Assembly: GCA_964016885.1 (NCBI GenBank)
Contig: OZ024741.1
Span: 297,228,001 to 297,292,000 of the forward strand
Direction of reading: 5' to 3'
From: Eledone cirrhosa
Taxonomy: Eukaryota
DNA length: 64,000 nt
Of this stretch, positions 42,188-53,100 are shown in pieces. Position 1 is the stretch's first letter, and each line of letters opens with the position of its first letter. Under the pieces are notes generated by a model. It worked only from the letters and a program-made list of their open reading frames with translations, ran no database searches and was not told where the DNA came from. A program made the position numbers and the translations under genes.

Positions 42188-45100
42188 AGATAGATATATC
42201 TTATAGTATATAATTATATTATATTCCATATCAAATCTAATATTAAGCGACCCATAAAAACCAATACTAGTTAATGATTTAATTTAATATTTAATTTTTT
42301 CAATTTTACCTTCAACTATATACTTGTATATATAAATATATGAGTATTTTGTATATCTAGCGATATATGGTATGTTTATGAATAAACATTTGAAAACCTT
42401 CCACTAAGAATTTTGGAAACTGATGACCTAGTGCCATCTAGTGGATTCCAGGTGAAGGCTTTCAAATGTTTATTCATAAACATACCATATATCGCTAGAT
42501 ATACCAAATACTCATACTTATATGTATATAGCTATGTTAGTGCGAACACCTTAATTCTATTTTCCATCCAAGCTGACCGACAGCTCTATATGCAAATGAA
42601 GCTAATCAGCCGATGTACATAGGTGTCAAAACTATGTTTTCGCCTATATTGAGTTCCAACAGAGAGCAGGGTAAGGGAGCACTGTCTTCATAACAACCAG
42701 AGTCAGAAACGATGATCGTTGTTGACAGTTACCAACCCTTGCTGCTGCTGAATCCGCCAGATGCCGCTACTTCATCAGTTTTTAAAATTCATAGCTGAAG
42801 GCTTTCAAATGTTTATGAATAAACATACCATATATCGCTAGATATAAAAAATACTCATACTTATATGTATACAGCTATGTTAGAACGAACACCTTAATAA
42901 TTGTTTCTACATTTGGCACAAGGCCAGCAATTACCCAGTGCATTACTGGTACTTTATTTTATCGACCCCGTAAGGATGAAAGGCAAAGTTAACCTCAACG
43001 GGATTTGAACTCAGACCGTAAAGGGACATAACTATGCTGGAAAGCATGGCGTCCGACCCTCTACTGATACTGCCAATCCACCGAATAATATATATATATA
43101 TCATCATCATCATCACCATTTTACGTCCGTTCTTCCACGCTAGCATGGGTTAGACGGGTTGTCCTGTTGTGGGCAGTGTCTGGTCGGCTGACCATGCCTT
43201 GCTCATACAGGAACTGATTTGGCTTGATTTCTACAGCTGGATGCCCTTCCTAACACCAATCTCATTTACAGTGAGTGCTGGGTGCTTTTTCGTGGCGCCT
43301 ACACGTCCACTTTACAGTGTGGGCTGGGTGCTTTTTTGCCGTGGCACCTCCACGACCACCTTGCGGTGAGGGGTGTGGGGGCATATTGTCTATATGCTTC
43401 AGCTTGTACCCATGGGAGGTTGGGTACTCTGTATTACTGCGTGATGCCAGAGGTCACGGTTGTGTGTCATCGCCTTTGAGAGGTGTAATTGGGTAAGGTC
43501 GGCTTTTATCACCTCATCCCAGGTCATCTTGGGTCTCCCCACTCCGCGGTTTCCATCGACTTCTAGTGCTCTGCACCTTTTTATGCAGCTGTCATCCTTC
43601 ATACGCATCACATGTCCATACCAGCGCAACCGCCTCTCCTGCACACAGCATTTGATTCCTCTTTTGCTCAGTCTCTCTCTCAATTCATTTATGCTTTGTC
43701 GTTCACGTATATTACTGTTACATGATTCCTCTTATGCTCAGTCTCTCTCTCTCTCTTTCTCTCTATATATATATATATATATATAGGTGCCAGGTGGTGC
43801 TATTAAGTTAGATATGGCCTGGGCTGATACTGGCCAAAACCTATCAAAGTTATATATATATACATATGCTTAAAGATGTGTTAGATTTCTAAAGAATTAT
43901 TGAATATACATTTGATATTGCACAATGAAATTAGGATTGGTTAACTTTGAAGACATTTCTGTTTTCATTTCAAACTATTTTCTCCGCTACAGAAGAGGTT
44001 AGCTTTGCAAGCACCATGACAAGCTTCACCATTTTGCCCTCTTGTCTGTATGATCCCTTGGTTTTCATTTTCTCCTTCATCATCTGTAACCATGTCTTAC
44101 TTGGTCTTTCTTTTCCTCTACTTTCTTCCACAATCATTTCTTACTCCACTTACCTAGTCACTTTCATCCTTCCTAAAAACATAACCCAGCCATTCCATTC
44201 CATTTCTCTTCACAACATTCTTCACCGACTCTATTCCTATCACCAAGTCACTTTCATCTTTCTTCAATATATGATCCAGCCATTTCATTCCATATCTCTT
44301 CACAACATTTATGACTGGCTCTATTCCCACCATCCAGGAGCTAAACAACAACAACAATAATTACTATTAACATATTAATAGAGAAAAGAAATATTTTATA
44401 ATTTACCATTTTGAATTTGTGCTACTTTGCGAGAGATTTCTCCAATAATTTGTCGTCTCCATTTTTCAGCCTTTGGTAAATCACAACATTCTGATGACAA
44501 ATAGGGTCGACGTTCCTGATAACATAAATAATGTGTGTATATATATATCATCATCACCGTTTAACAATACATTACAATAATAGTATATTATAAGAAGTTA
44601 GAAAAGAGTCATAATGTTTGGGACACTAGACCTTCATCGGAAGGTAGATACAGAGAGAAGAAAGGTGTTTGGAGAAGAGAAGAAAAAGGAAGACAAATTG
44701 GAGAGAAACATGAGAAGAAAACCTATGTAGTTGCTAGCCAGGCATTTTATCATCATCACCATTTAATGTCCATTTTTTCATACTAGAATGGGTTAGATGA
44801 GTTGTACCATTGTGAGAGAAGCCAGGTCAGATGACCATGGCTTGCTCATATAGAACTGATTTTGGCTTGGTTTCTATGACTGGATGCCCTTCCTAACACC
44901 AACTGCATTTACAGTGTGGACTGGGTGCTTTTTGTCATGACATCTATATGACCACTTTATACAAATGTATTTATATGGTGCCATGATAAAATGCACCCAA
45001 TACACTCTATGAAATGGTTGGTGATTGAACAGAGACTAATGTTGAATAGTGTCACAAGTCTGGTAGAGCATATGACAACTTTTCTAATGCTGGTGCCATG

Positions 45101-48100
45101 ATAAAATGCACCCAGTACACTCCTGTAAAGTGTTACGAAAAAATGCATCAAGTACAGTAAAGTAGTATTACTGGTAGTACAACCAATACATTGTGTAAAG
45201 TGGTTGGCATAGAAACCTTGCCAAAAATGGAACGCATGAGCAAGAAGTAGGCTCCTTGAGATTGTGACAACCTATCCAACCAATGCATGAATAGAAAGTC
45301 TGTCTCAAGCCAGGAGGCTCATCAGGCTGGTGCTTATCCTAGTTTCATGGTGTGAAGCAACTGAGAGAACAAGACTTCCCGCTGGACAGGATGCCAGTTT
45401 ATCACAGCTATTGCTGGTACTCATTTACAACTGATATAATGGAGCAACGTGAAATAAAGTGCTTTGCTCAAGAACACAACACACAACCATGTCCAAGAAT
45501 CAAACCCACAACATTATGATGTTAAGTCCAACACCCTTACTACTAGGCCACATGCCTTTAAAGAAAGCAGATGTAAAATAATGATGATGTATATGTTTTT
45601 TTCCTCAAATTCTTCTTTATCTCTATACTACTTTCACTACTGTTGTGAACTTTACAGTTTGAAGGGACCTATTTTAGCTAAGTGCATTGAGTTATGACCA
45701 TAGCTTTTTTCTTTTTTTAAACAGTGTATCCAATGTACACTTCTTTTTTTAAGGCTGTAAGTTGTAATTTGACTTCTATTTAACAGACCAAGCAACCACA
45801 TACAAGCTCTTTTATCAGTACAAATATATACGTTTGATACCAACCCATATTCAAATTCAAAACTTTTTATCCTAATTTTATGTAAAAATATTTTATTAAA
45901 TTATTCACCAAACACTGGTATAATATATTACTCAATCAAAAAGCTAGATTGTCCACCAAATACCTTCTAATTCCTGATTATTTTTAATATTGTCTATTTC
46001 TTTAAAAATATGGTTATGAAAGGGTTAAGCCTTAACTTTGCAGCAATAGTTATCTGGATTTAATAATCTAAGACAAAAGATGAACAGTATATCCGAATGT
46101 CTTCTTACCTTTTCTTTGTTTAAGCCCATTTGTGCTGCTCTCCACCGAGCAAGGGTTGTCCTTGGAACAGAAATTAAAAGGTATAAACATCACCACATGC
46201 TTGAACTTATTAGGTTATAAGACATAAGAATTAACCCTTTTCATACCAAACCACCTGAAAATGTCTCTGATTCTATGGTATGAAACTTTTTTTTTTAAGT
46301 GTTTATATTTATCTAAAAACCTTCCATCATAGTTTTATGTAATAACTTTTGTTAAATTTTGTCCCATACTTAATAATGAGAAAGTTAGTTATATTACTAC
46401 ATCCTTCTAAATTGTTTTCAAAATTAACTAAAAACATAGACAGTGTCTTTCATTAGAAATATGGTAACCAAAGATTTAATAAGAAATAAACAATATTTTT
46501 TTTCTCTATACTTGCTGTTTATTTACAATTATTCTTAATATTGGTGTAAGCATGGATGCGTATCTATGTGTCAAATAAAATGTGAACCAGACTAGAAAAA
46601 ATAAATATTTTCATGAACTTCTGCAATTTATTGTTTCGCTTCCTCTCAGCAATATTTCACTCATCCACCAAACCATTCTCATTCCTGGTCTTTCCAACCT
46701 TCTCTGCTGCTCCACATTCATCAGCCATGTCTTGTTCCCATAAATCATGGCACTTCTAACATGTGTAATATACACCTTTCTCTTCCATTCTTTCTAACCT
46801 CTGTTGCTCCACATTCATCACCCATGTCTCACTCATATAAATCATGGCACTTCTCACACATACAACATCGTCATTACTAGCAAGGGTTGGATGAATCTAC
46901 ATATACCAAGTCAGTAATGAAGCAGTGGTTATTGATCTCCCAGACAAGCCAGGGATCTGTCGTCTTACTTATGTACGGCCTCATGTTCCTCCTAGTGCAT
47001 AGGGGAGGTAGTCATGTCTCTGACACATGAATAATAAAGAACAATATGCTGCAGAACTTATTTCAATAAAAGAAACATTATCTGATGCAAGATGATAGCT
47101 AATGTTTCAGTAATACTTACATAGCCTTCTCACTGTTACGTGCCTGTGGAAGAGAAAAAGATGATATACTTTAAATGATGCTGTAAACTAATTTCCGTAA
47201 GTATCAATACCTCACAGTTTTTTCCATAATACAATTTGAATACACCACTAGAAACCAATGAAACATTTGCTAATTATAAAGGCACATGGCTTAGCAGTTA
47301 GGGTGTTGGATTCATGATCATTAAGTAGTGGATTCAATCCCTGCACTGGGCAGTGTGTTGCATTCTTGAGGAAAATGCTTTATTTTACATTACTTTTCAT
47401 GATAGAACTAGGGCTCCTTTTATTAAAACCTCTGAGAAACCTCTTAAACAACCTTGTAGGCGGCCAGCTAAACCTACAGAGATGTGAGCTGTAACAATTA
47501 CAATAAAATAGGACTGGGACCCCTTTTCAGTAAAACACCTGAGAAACCTCCTAATCATCACAGCCTTGTAGAAGGCCAGCTAAACTTGCATAGGTGTGAG
47601 CTGGAAATTTCCTATTTCCTAATTCATCATGAATGTATTTGGCTGAATGGTTAAGAAATTTGCTTCATAACTATGAGGTCATGAATTTGATCCCACAGCA
47701 TGACATCTTGGACAATTTTGTATAAAAATGTCATTAGAACTAAACTCTTATTAGAGGTAAACATAAATAAATAATTATAATGAATTGAGATCACACTGTA
47801 AATGTGGTTGGCATTAGGAAGGGCATCCAGCCATAGAAACCAAGCCAAAATCGGTCCAGTGTGAACAGGAGATGACCTGCTTTGGTTTAGCTCACATCTG
47901 GACAACTTGTCTAACCCATGCTAGGATGGGAAAATGGATGGTAAATGGTAATGATGATGATGAGAAAAAAAAATTACAGTATTTTTCCATAATTCTTTGG
48001 TAGATTTCAGAGACATACATTAGCTGTGCCAAATGTGTTTTAGTAATTCTGCAAATTACCATTGTATTTTCTATAACAATGCATATAATATTAGACATAG

Positions 48101-49680
48101 GCATTGCTGATTGGTTAAGAAGTTTACTTCAAAATCATGAAGCACCAGGTTTAATCCCACTAGATGGCATCTTGGACAAGTGTCTTTACCATAACCTCGG
48201 GTGGTCTCAAGCCAATTGGGCATACAGTTACTGTACGGAATTATATCAGATGGACTGTCTGTAATTCAATTGTCCAGCATTGTCACATATAGCATCATAC
48301 TGATTCTGCTTGGAATACTTAACCACTTACACTACACATTAATTCATGAGTTGGATGATTAGTCAATCAGAACTGAATGCTTATCATCAAAATCAATGGA
48401 GATTCCACAACTTCTTAAAATAAGTTAAGTTTATGAATGTTTCAGGACCAAAGCATCAGAACTTACTTATAGTTTGAAAATGTTATCCCCTAACCTTTTT
48501 TTATTTGTTGTTTTTTTTTAGTTGATTTGCCAATGCAGAACCTTACTGCCTTTTTCGGGTTCTATTTTGTTTTTTAGCTATATAGTTTTATTACTGCTTG
48601 CTGTTGCGAAATTTACAATTTCGTGGTACCTACTTTAGCTACTCTTGGGTCCCAAATAATCGGGAAGAGGGGGTATGCGGAGAGGGGTTGGGAAATTGGT
48701 AATTTTTCTAGGTTGTCTCCACTGAGTTTTTACAAAAAACAGAATTAGTTGTTTAGTTTACATATTGAAACCCCAAACCATCCTATTTATTTTATAACTT
48801 ATGGGATTTCTAGTAATGTACATTTTTGTCATGCATGTTTTTTAATGTATAAAGAAAATTAATTGTCGCAGGAATACTATCACTTAAAATAAAATTTCGC
48901 CAGAGATAGACTAGCAAAATTTAAAATTTAATAAACGAGTGGGGGCGGACGATAAGTGGAGTGGGCCATAAACACAGTAGCATCAGTGATTGATACAAAC
49001 TGCACTGCTTCAACTAGTAACCTATCACACTTATTCTAGTAAGAAGCTTTTAAAGAGATTTACACCCATTTCTAATCTTTTCAGTAAATAGAGTACTTTT
49101 ACATCAGTTTTCCCAGCATGAATTATTTATATTTATTTCTGCGACTTCACCACTCGGTGATGTGTGCATCTGTATTGAAAGACAATCTTATACACAGAAA
49201 AATAAGAAGGGATCGTCACGACTGGGAACGCATTGACTATACGTGTGTTTACTTAAGGCTGGTCTGGATCTAAAAAAAAAAAAATCACTAGATAGTATAT
49301 GTGTGACGAAATTTTATGTTTAGAAAAATAAACTTAAAAGTTAACATATATCGCGAATACATGCCGACTATTAACAATGTTCTTACATAAAATCATGATA
49401 GCATGTTTTTAGATAAATATAATGAAACTTTACATAGTAGAACTAGAGGCGGTTTGGTAACAAAAGGGTTTTAATGCAACAAAAGTAAGGGTGAAAATTG
49501 CCGGAATACGATGGGATAAGTACCGATGTTAGATGTACTTAAAGGAGATCTGCTACGAGGAACTACTGGATTAAACAATTAATCCATACCAGAACGTGTA
49601 AAAACACGCACCACAGAAGAACAAGAAAACTTATTTCTTAATTAACAAAGAGACATGAACGAGTAAAAAATACAAACCAT
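30969..49680 (-). CDS. ISY1: Pre-mRNA-splicing factor ISY1, 11 coding exons, 864 nt / 287 aa
   Basis: Exons 49678-49680, 47121-47143, 46109-46160, 44407-44515, 40577-40689, 39367-39428, 38614-38669, 37290-37412, 35047-35171, 32303-32392 and 30969-31076. All introns are GT-AG with consistent phases, giving MARNSEKAMTTLARWRAAQ...GLGEFKLRDVNDEINKLLREKGHWE...GYKYFGAAKELPGVRELFE...FIAHVPVPSQQEIEEALVQRKK...GM*. Confidence 0.97.
31107..31438 (+). mobile_element. TA-flanked MITE (same family as 18011)
   Basis: TA|TTCGTGGGTCTTGAATAA...TTATTTGGGACCTGAGAG|TA. Confidence 0.75.
32303..32392 (-). CDS. ISY1: ISY1 exon 10
   Basis: cag|SDSDDEQENTGTEGENQHFIAHVPVPSQQE|gtaaaa. Confidence 0.94.
32445..33850 (+). 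mobile_element. Decayed RTE LINE (RT to C-terminus)
   Basis: GNYRGI, FVDLEKAFDRVP, GSVLSPLLF, IDGSYGRGRSRKVWDEVIKADL. Confidence 0.85.
35047..35171 (-). CDS. ISY1: ISY1 exon 9
   Basis: tag|(A)LEKKIEEWKEKK...TNIYAVAED|gtaaga. Confidence 0.93.
36001..36473 (+). mobile_element. Young RTE 3' end
   Basis: LEVDGNRGVGRPKMTWDEVIKADL plus 3'UTR and (GAT)n; near-identical inverted copy at ~43100-43567. Confidence 0.88.
36650..36743 (+). ncRNA. Candidate minimal type-I hammerhead ribozyme (long stem II)
   Basis: CCTC-CTGAAGA-[TGCAATTTAA...TTGAATTCCA]-GAAAC-CATG-GTT-GGGG: full core, palindromic loop 3, GUU cleavage triplet. Confidence 0.55.
37290..37412 (-). CDS. ISY1: ISY1 exon 8
   Basis: cag|(P)PSQPRKTRADLMKDIDAVYYGYRDDDDGVLIPLEQEQEKL|gtaagc. 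Confidence 0.95.
38101..38449 (-). mobile_element. TA-flanked MITE (same family as 18011)
   Basis: Reverse-oriented copy with TA ends. Confidence 0.75.
38614..38669 (-). CDS. ISY1: ISY1 exon 7
   Basis: tag|(K)YFGAAKELPGVRELFEQE|gtaagt. Confidence 0.95.
39367..39428 (-). CDS. ISY1: ISY1 exon 6
   Basis: cag|RVGPKMLDHEGKEVPGNRGY|gtgagt. Confidence 0.95.
39722..39943. mobile_element. TTAA-flanked AT-rich MITE (piggyBac-type ends)
   Basis: TTAA|CCCTTT...AAAGGG|TTAA; relatives near 8150, 31590, 35203, 37030-37265, 45830-46027, 46231, 58200 and 61230. Confidence 0.7.
40577..40689 (-). CDS. ISY1: ISY1 exon 5
   Basis: tag|(A)GLGEFKLRDVNDEINKLLREKGHWEDRIKELGGPDYK|gtgagt. Confidence 0.95.
40848..42035 (-). 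mobile_element. 5'-truncated RTE LINE (same subfamily as 51563-52905)
   Basis: ORF 41262-42035 HKRCSGITGKL...FRYLGD...RPRKTW plus 3'UTR and (TGA)n tail. Confidence 0.9.
42310..42897. repeat. Fold-back element with ~140-bp inverted arms and an internal partial duplicate
   Basis: 42310-42450 is inverted relative to 42752-42880; 42452-42554 is directly repeated at ~42796-42897. Confidence 0.75.
43100..43722 (-). mobile_element. 5'-truncated RTE LINE
   Basis: ERRLRWYGHVMRMKDDSCIKRCRALEVDG...; (TGA)n tail. Confidence 0.9.
44407..44515 (-). CDS. ISY1: ISY1 exon 4
   Basis: cag|ERRPYLSSECCDLPKAEKWRRQIIGEISRKVAQIQN|gtaaat. Confidence 0.95.
46109..46160 (-). CDS. ISY1: ISY1 exon 3
   Basis: aag|(M)TTLARWRAAQMGLNKEK|gtaaga. 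Confidence 0.93.
47121..47143 (-). CDS. ISY1: ISY1 exon 2 (23-nt micro-exon)
   Basis: cag|GCACGTAACAGTGAGAAGGCTAT|gtaagt = ARNSEKA(M). Confidence 0.92.
48642..48965 (-). mobile_element. TA-flanked MITE, one TIR lost
   Basis: TA|CTCTTGGGTCCCAAATAA plus family body. Confidence 0.7.
49678..49680 (-). CDS. ISY1: ISY1 exon 1 coding part (ATG only)
   Basis: AAAAATG|gtttgt. It supplies the Met required before ARNSEKA and lies next to the CpG-containing promoter region. Confidence 0.75.
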
Positions 49681-50079
49681 TTTTTTTCTTGTTGCTTTTC
49701 TATATAACTATCTTATATCATATAGAAAGTGTCAGCTCTTCGTTAAAATTCATATTCGCCGCATGTTATTGAGAGATGAAGCTCAGCGAGGATATAAACG
49801 GTGTTTTACGACACCGGTGTAACGATTTCAAAACCACCCCATTGTTGAGTGACATTGAAACAATATCAAAAGATATTTTATATTGGAAACGAGCTTAGTC
49901 GTTAACTGAGGAGTTCGTTTACCGTTCAATTCACTTTATGATCAGGTTGATATGATTTCGTCGTTAAGTTAAGAATGTTTGCTTCTCCTATCCATTGTGA
50001 CAACAGGAGGTAAAATTCTGATTATTCTCTCGAAGTTTTGAACTCTCCTGTCAACTACGACAACATCAATGACCTCAGC
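49681..50079. promoter_or_regulatory. Candidate bidirectional promoter ISY1/GTPBP10
   Basis: About 400 bp between divergent start codons; no recognisable repeats; more CpGs than the flanks. Confidence 0.7.
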
Positions 50080-50133
50080 ATGGTCAAACTAACTCAATTG
50101 TTGTCTTATTACATTGAAGGCAGACAAAAACTT
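50080..50133 (+). CDS. GTPBP10: GTPBP10 exon 1
   Basis: MVKLTQLLSYYIEGRQKL|gtaagc; phase 0 matches exon 2. Confidence 0.75.
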
Positions 50134-53100
50134 GTAAGCTGAAATTTATTTATTTTAATCACAAAAGTATGAAAGATTTTGAATTATATCACTCTTGATG
50201 CCAGCTGGTTTTTATATTATTTGATATATTTTTGTGGTTATGTTATTGTAATCTATGTTATCCTTTAAAAAATTAAAGGGCAATCCAAAACCTGGTATTC
50301 CCACTACTAATAGTGAGACTAAGGTACTGAAATGGCCGAGCACTCTCGCGAACATCACTTGATACTTTAGTTATGCCAGATGAAAGCGGGGCTGAGGCGC
50401 TGGAATAGCTAAGTATCTTCACCTGATACTTCAGTAAGGCGAACCTCCAACAATGACAGTCCCGTTGTCAGCGACCCATATCTCCCAAGCGTCACAAATA
50501 TTAGAGGCTGTATTTTATGTATAAGACCTCGTAGTTAATAAACATGATTTTTGTTGCTATTGGTGGTGGTATTACATGATATTGATGTGGCGGGTATATT
50601 TAAATTTCTAGTCGCACCACAGCCCGTGATCTAGGAAACATTCTTACTCTATTCCCCCTATTAATGTTCTTCCATACTGTTCATATCAGTCCACAGTTTG
50701 TGCCTAGTAGTTTCCTGATAATTCTAGCTGATCCAACTTTTTTCCTGATTTAGTTCTAACTTTCCAAGATATACTTTCAAATTCTTTGTCACAATTCCCA
50801 AGGCTCCGATGACAATTGACAAAACCATAACCTTGCCAACTTCTTTTTTCTAGCACTTGATTTGAAATTTCCATGCTTCGCGGCATAGAGTTACGCCTCT
50901 TTACTGTCTGAGTTCAAATCCCGCCGAGGTTAGCTTTCCCTTTCATCCTTACAGGGTCGATAAAATAAAGCACCAGTAATGCACTGGTATCAATTTAATC
51001 GACTTTCCCTTTCCCCCGAAATTGCTGGCCTTGTGCCTATAGTAGAAATCATTATTATTATTATTATTCAATTTAATCTTTTATTCATCTGAGATCGATA
51101 AAATATAGTACCAATTAAGTACTGGGTCAATTTGTTGACCTTGTGCCAATGTTAGGAAGAATTATTGTGAGTCGTGTTTAGATCTGTGGGGTCTCAAAAG
51201 GACCCATGAGGGGATTTCTTTTGTTTCGATTTTTTTGTTACCTTTTTTTTTTTTTATGTTTTTATATGCACATGTAAAATCTATGTTCTTAGTTAGCTTA
51301 CCTGTGATCCCACTACATCTTTTATGCACCCATACTTTGCATTTAGGACATAAAATGGAGTTTCTACCTACGCCTTTCCTACACACCGAGCATGACCATT
51401 TCCCAGAAGGGATCGCCACCTTGTTTTCTTTCCTACAAACTAGAACTTTCGTCTTAGCCAGGTTAATTTTAAGTCTTTTTGACTCTAGGCCGTGCTTCCA
51501 TGTTTGGAATTTCTTCTCTAGCTCGGCCATTGATTCCGCTATGAGTGTCAGGTCGTCTGCGTGACCTGACACTCATAGCGGAATCAATGGCCGAGCTAGA
51601 GAAGAAATTCCAAACATGGAAGCACGGCCTAGAGTCAAAAGGACTTAAAATTAACCTGGCTAAGACCAAAGTTCTAGTTTGTAGGAAAGAAAACAAGGCG
51701 GCGGTCCCTTCTGGGAAATGGTCGTGCTCGGTGTGTAGGAAAGGCGTAGGTAGAAACTCCATTTTGTGTCCTAAATGCAAAGTATGGGTGCATAAAAGAT
51801 GTAGTGGGATCACAGGTAAGCTAACTAAGAACATAGATTTTACATGTGGCCGGTGTTCTGGTGCAATAAGTAGCAGCAAGTGCCCACAAAATACTAGCTC
51901 TTTCAATTGCGCAGAGGGTTCTATAGAAATAGTGGACAGCTTCCGTTACCTGGGCGATAAAATCAGCAGTGGGGGAGGGTGCTCTGAAAGTACTGTAGCT
52001 AGAGTCAGAACTGGTTGGAAAAAGTTCAGAGAGCTTATACCACTATTAGCTGCTAAAGGGTTCTCCCTAAAAATGAAAGGCAGGTTGTACGATGCCTGCA
52101 TACGAACAGCAATGTTGCATGGCAGTGAGACATGGGCATTGTGTGCAGAGGATATACGCAGACTAGAGAGGAACGAAGCTTGCATGCTCCGCTGGATGTG
52201 TAACAGTAATATACGTGAACGGCAAAGCATAAACGAACTAAGAAAAAAATTAGAGATAAGAGGGATCAGATGCTGTTTACTCGAGAGAAGGCTACGTTGG
52301 TATGGACACGTGATGCGCATGAAAGTCGATAGCTGTATAACAAAGTGCAGGGCAATAAAGATAGACGGTAGCCACGGAATAGGCAGACCTAGAAAAACCT
52401 GGGACGAGCTGATAAACTCCGACCTCACACACTTACACCTCTCCAAGACAATGTCACTGGACCGAGACCTTTGGCGGTACTCAGTAACAGAGAAGACCCG
52501 CCTTACCTAAATATATAGTAAATCCTACTCTAGCCAGTAGGCATCTCTAACAAAATACACCCCGTCCCACCACCACCACCACCACCACCCCATCCACGCC
52601 ACCCCGTTCTATGTAAAGTTGTGTTGGTGCCACACCATCCAGGCCGAAACAAATGAGATCGTGTAGGTGTCACGACAAAAAAACACACAGTCCACGCTGT
52701 AATGTGGCCGTGTAGGCAACACGGTAAAAACCTCCCAGACCCACACTGTAAATGTGGTTGGTGTTAGGAAGGGCATCCAACTGTAGAAAACCTGCCAGAC
52801 AGTCCTATGCGAGGAAGACAATCACTCTTGCCTCAAGTGGGACTACCCCCATCCAAACCCATGCAAGCGTGGAACACGGACGTTAAACGTTGATGATGAT
52901 GATGATATTAACGGCTGAGCAACCTAATTTGCATATCGAGTGAGTTAATCGGCCAGGGTACCGAAAACGATAAACGGAAAAAATGAAACAAAATTTCATT
53001 TCTCACTCTTAGTACGGCTGTTACTTAAATATAAGTATGTATACGTACATACATATATGTATACAGATGCACAGTAGTATGTATATATATATATATATAC

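Noticed and set aside
51269-51848. Arm mismatches as genomically fixed A-to-I edits
   Set aside because: Most are equally explained by C-to-T/G-to-A transitions in the left arm (two at CpG), and at the GLK codon the right arm matches the sibling elements.
51545-52510. Domesticated RT-derived host gene
   Set aside because: It begins after the catalytic YADD, has no ATG start, retains the RTE 3'UTR and tail, and has a near-identical decayed sibling at 41262-42035.
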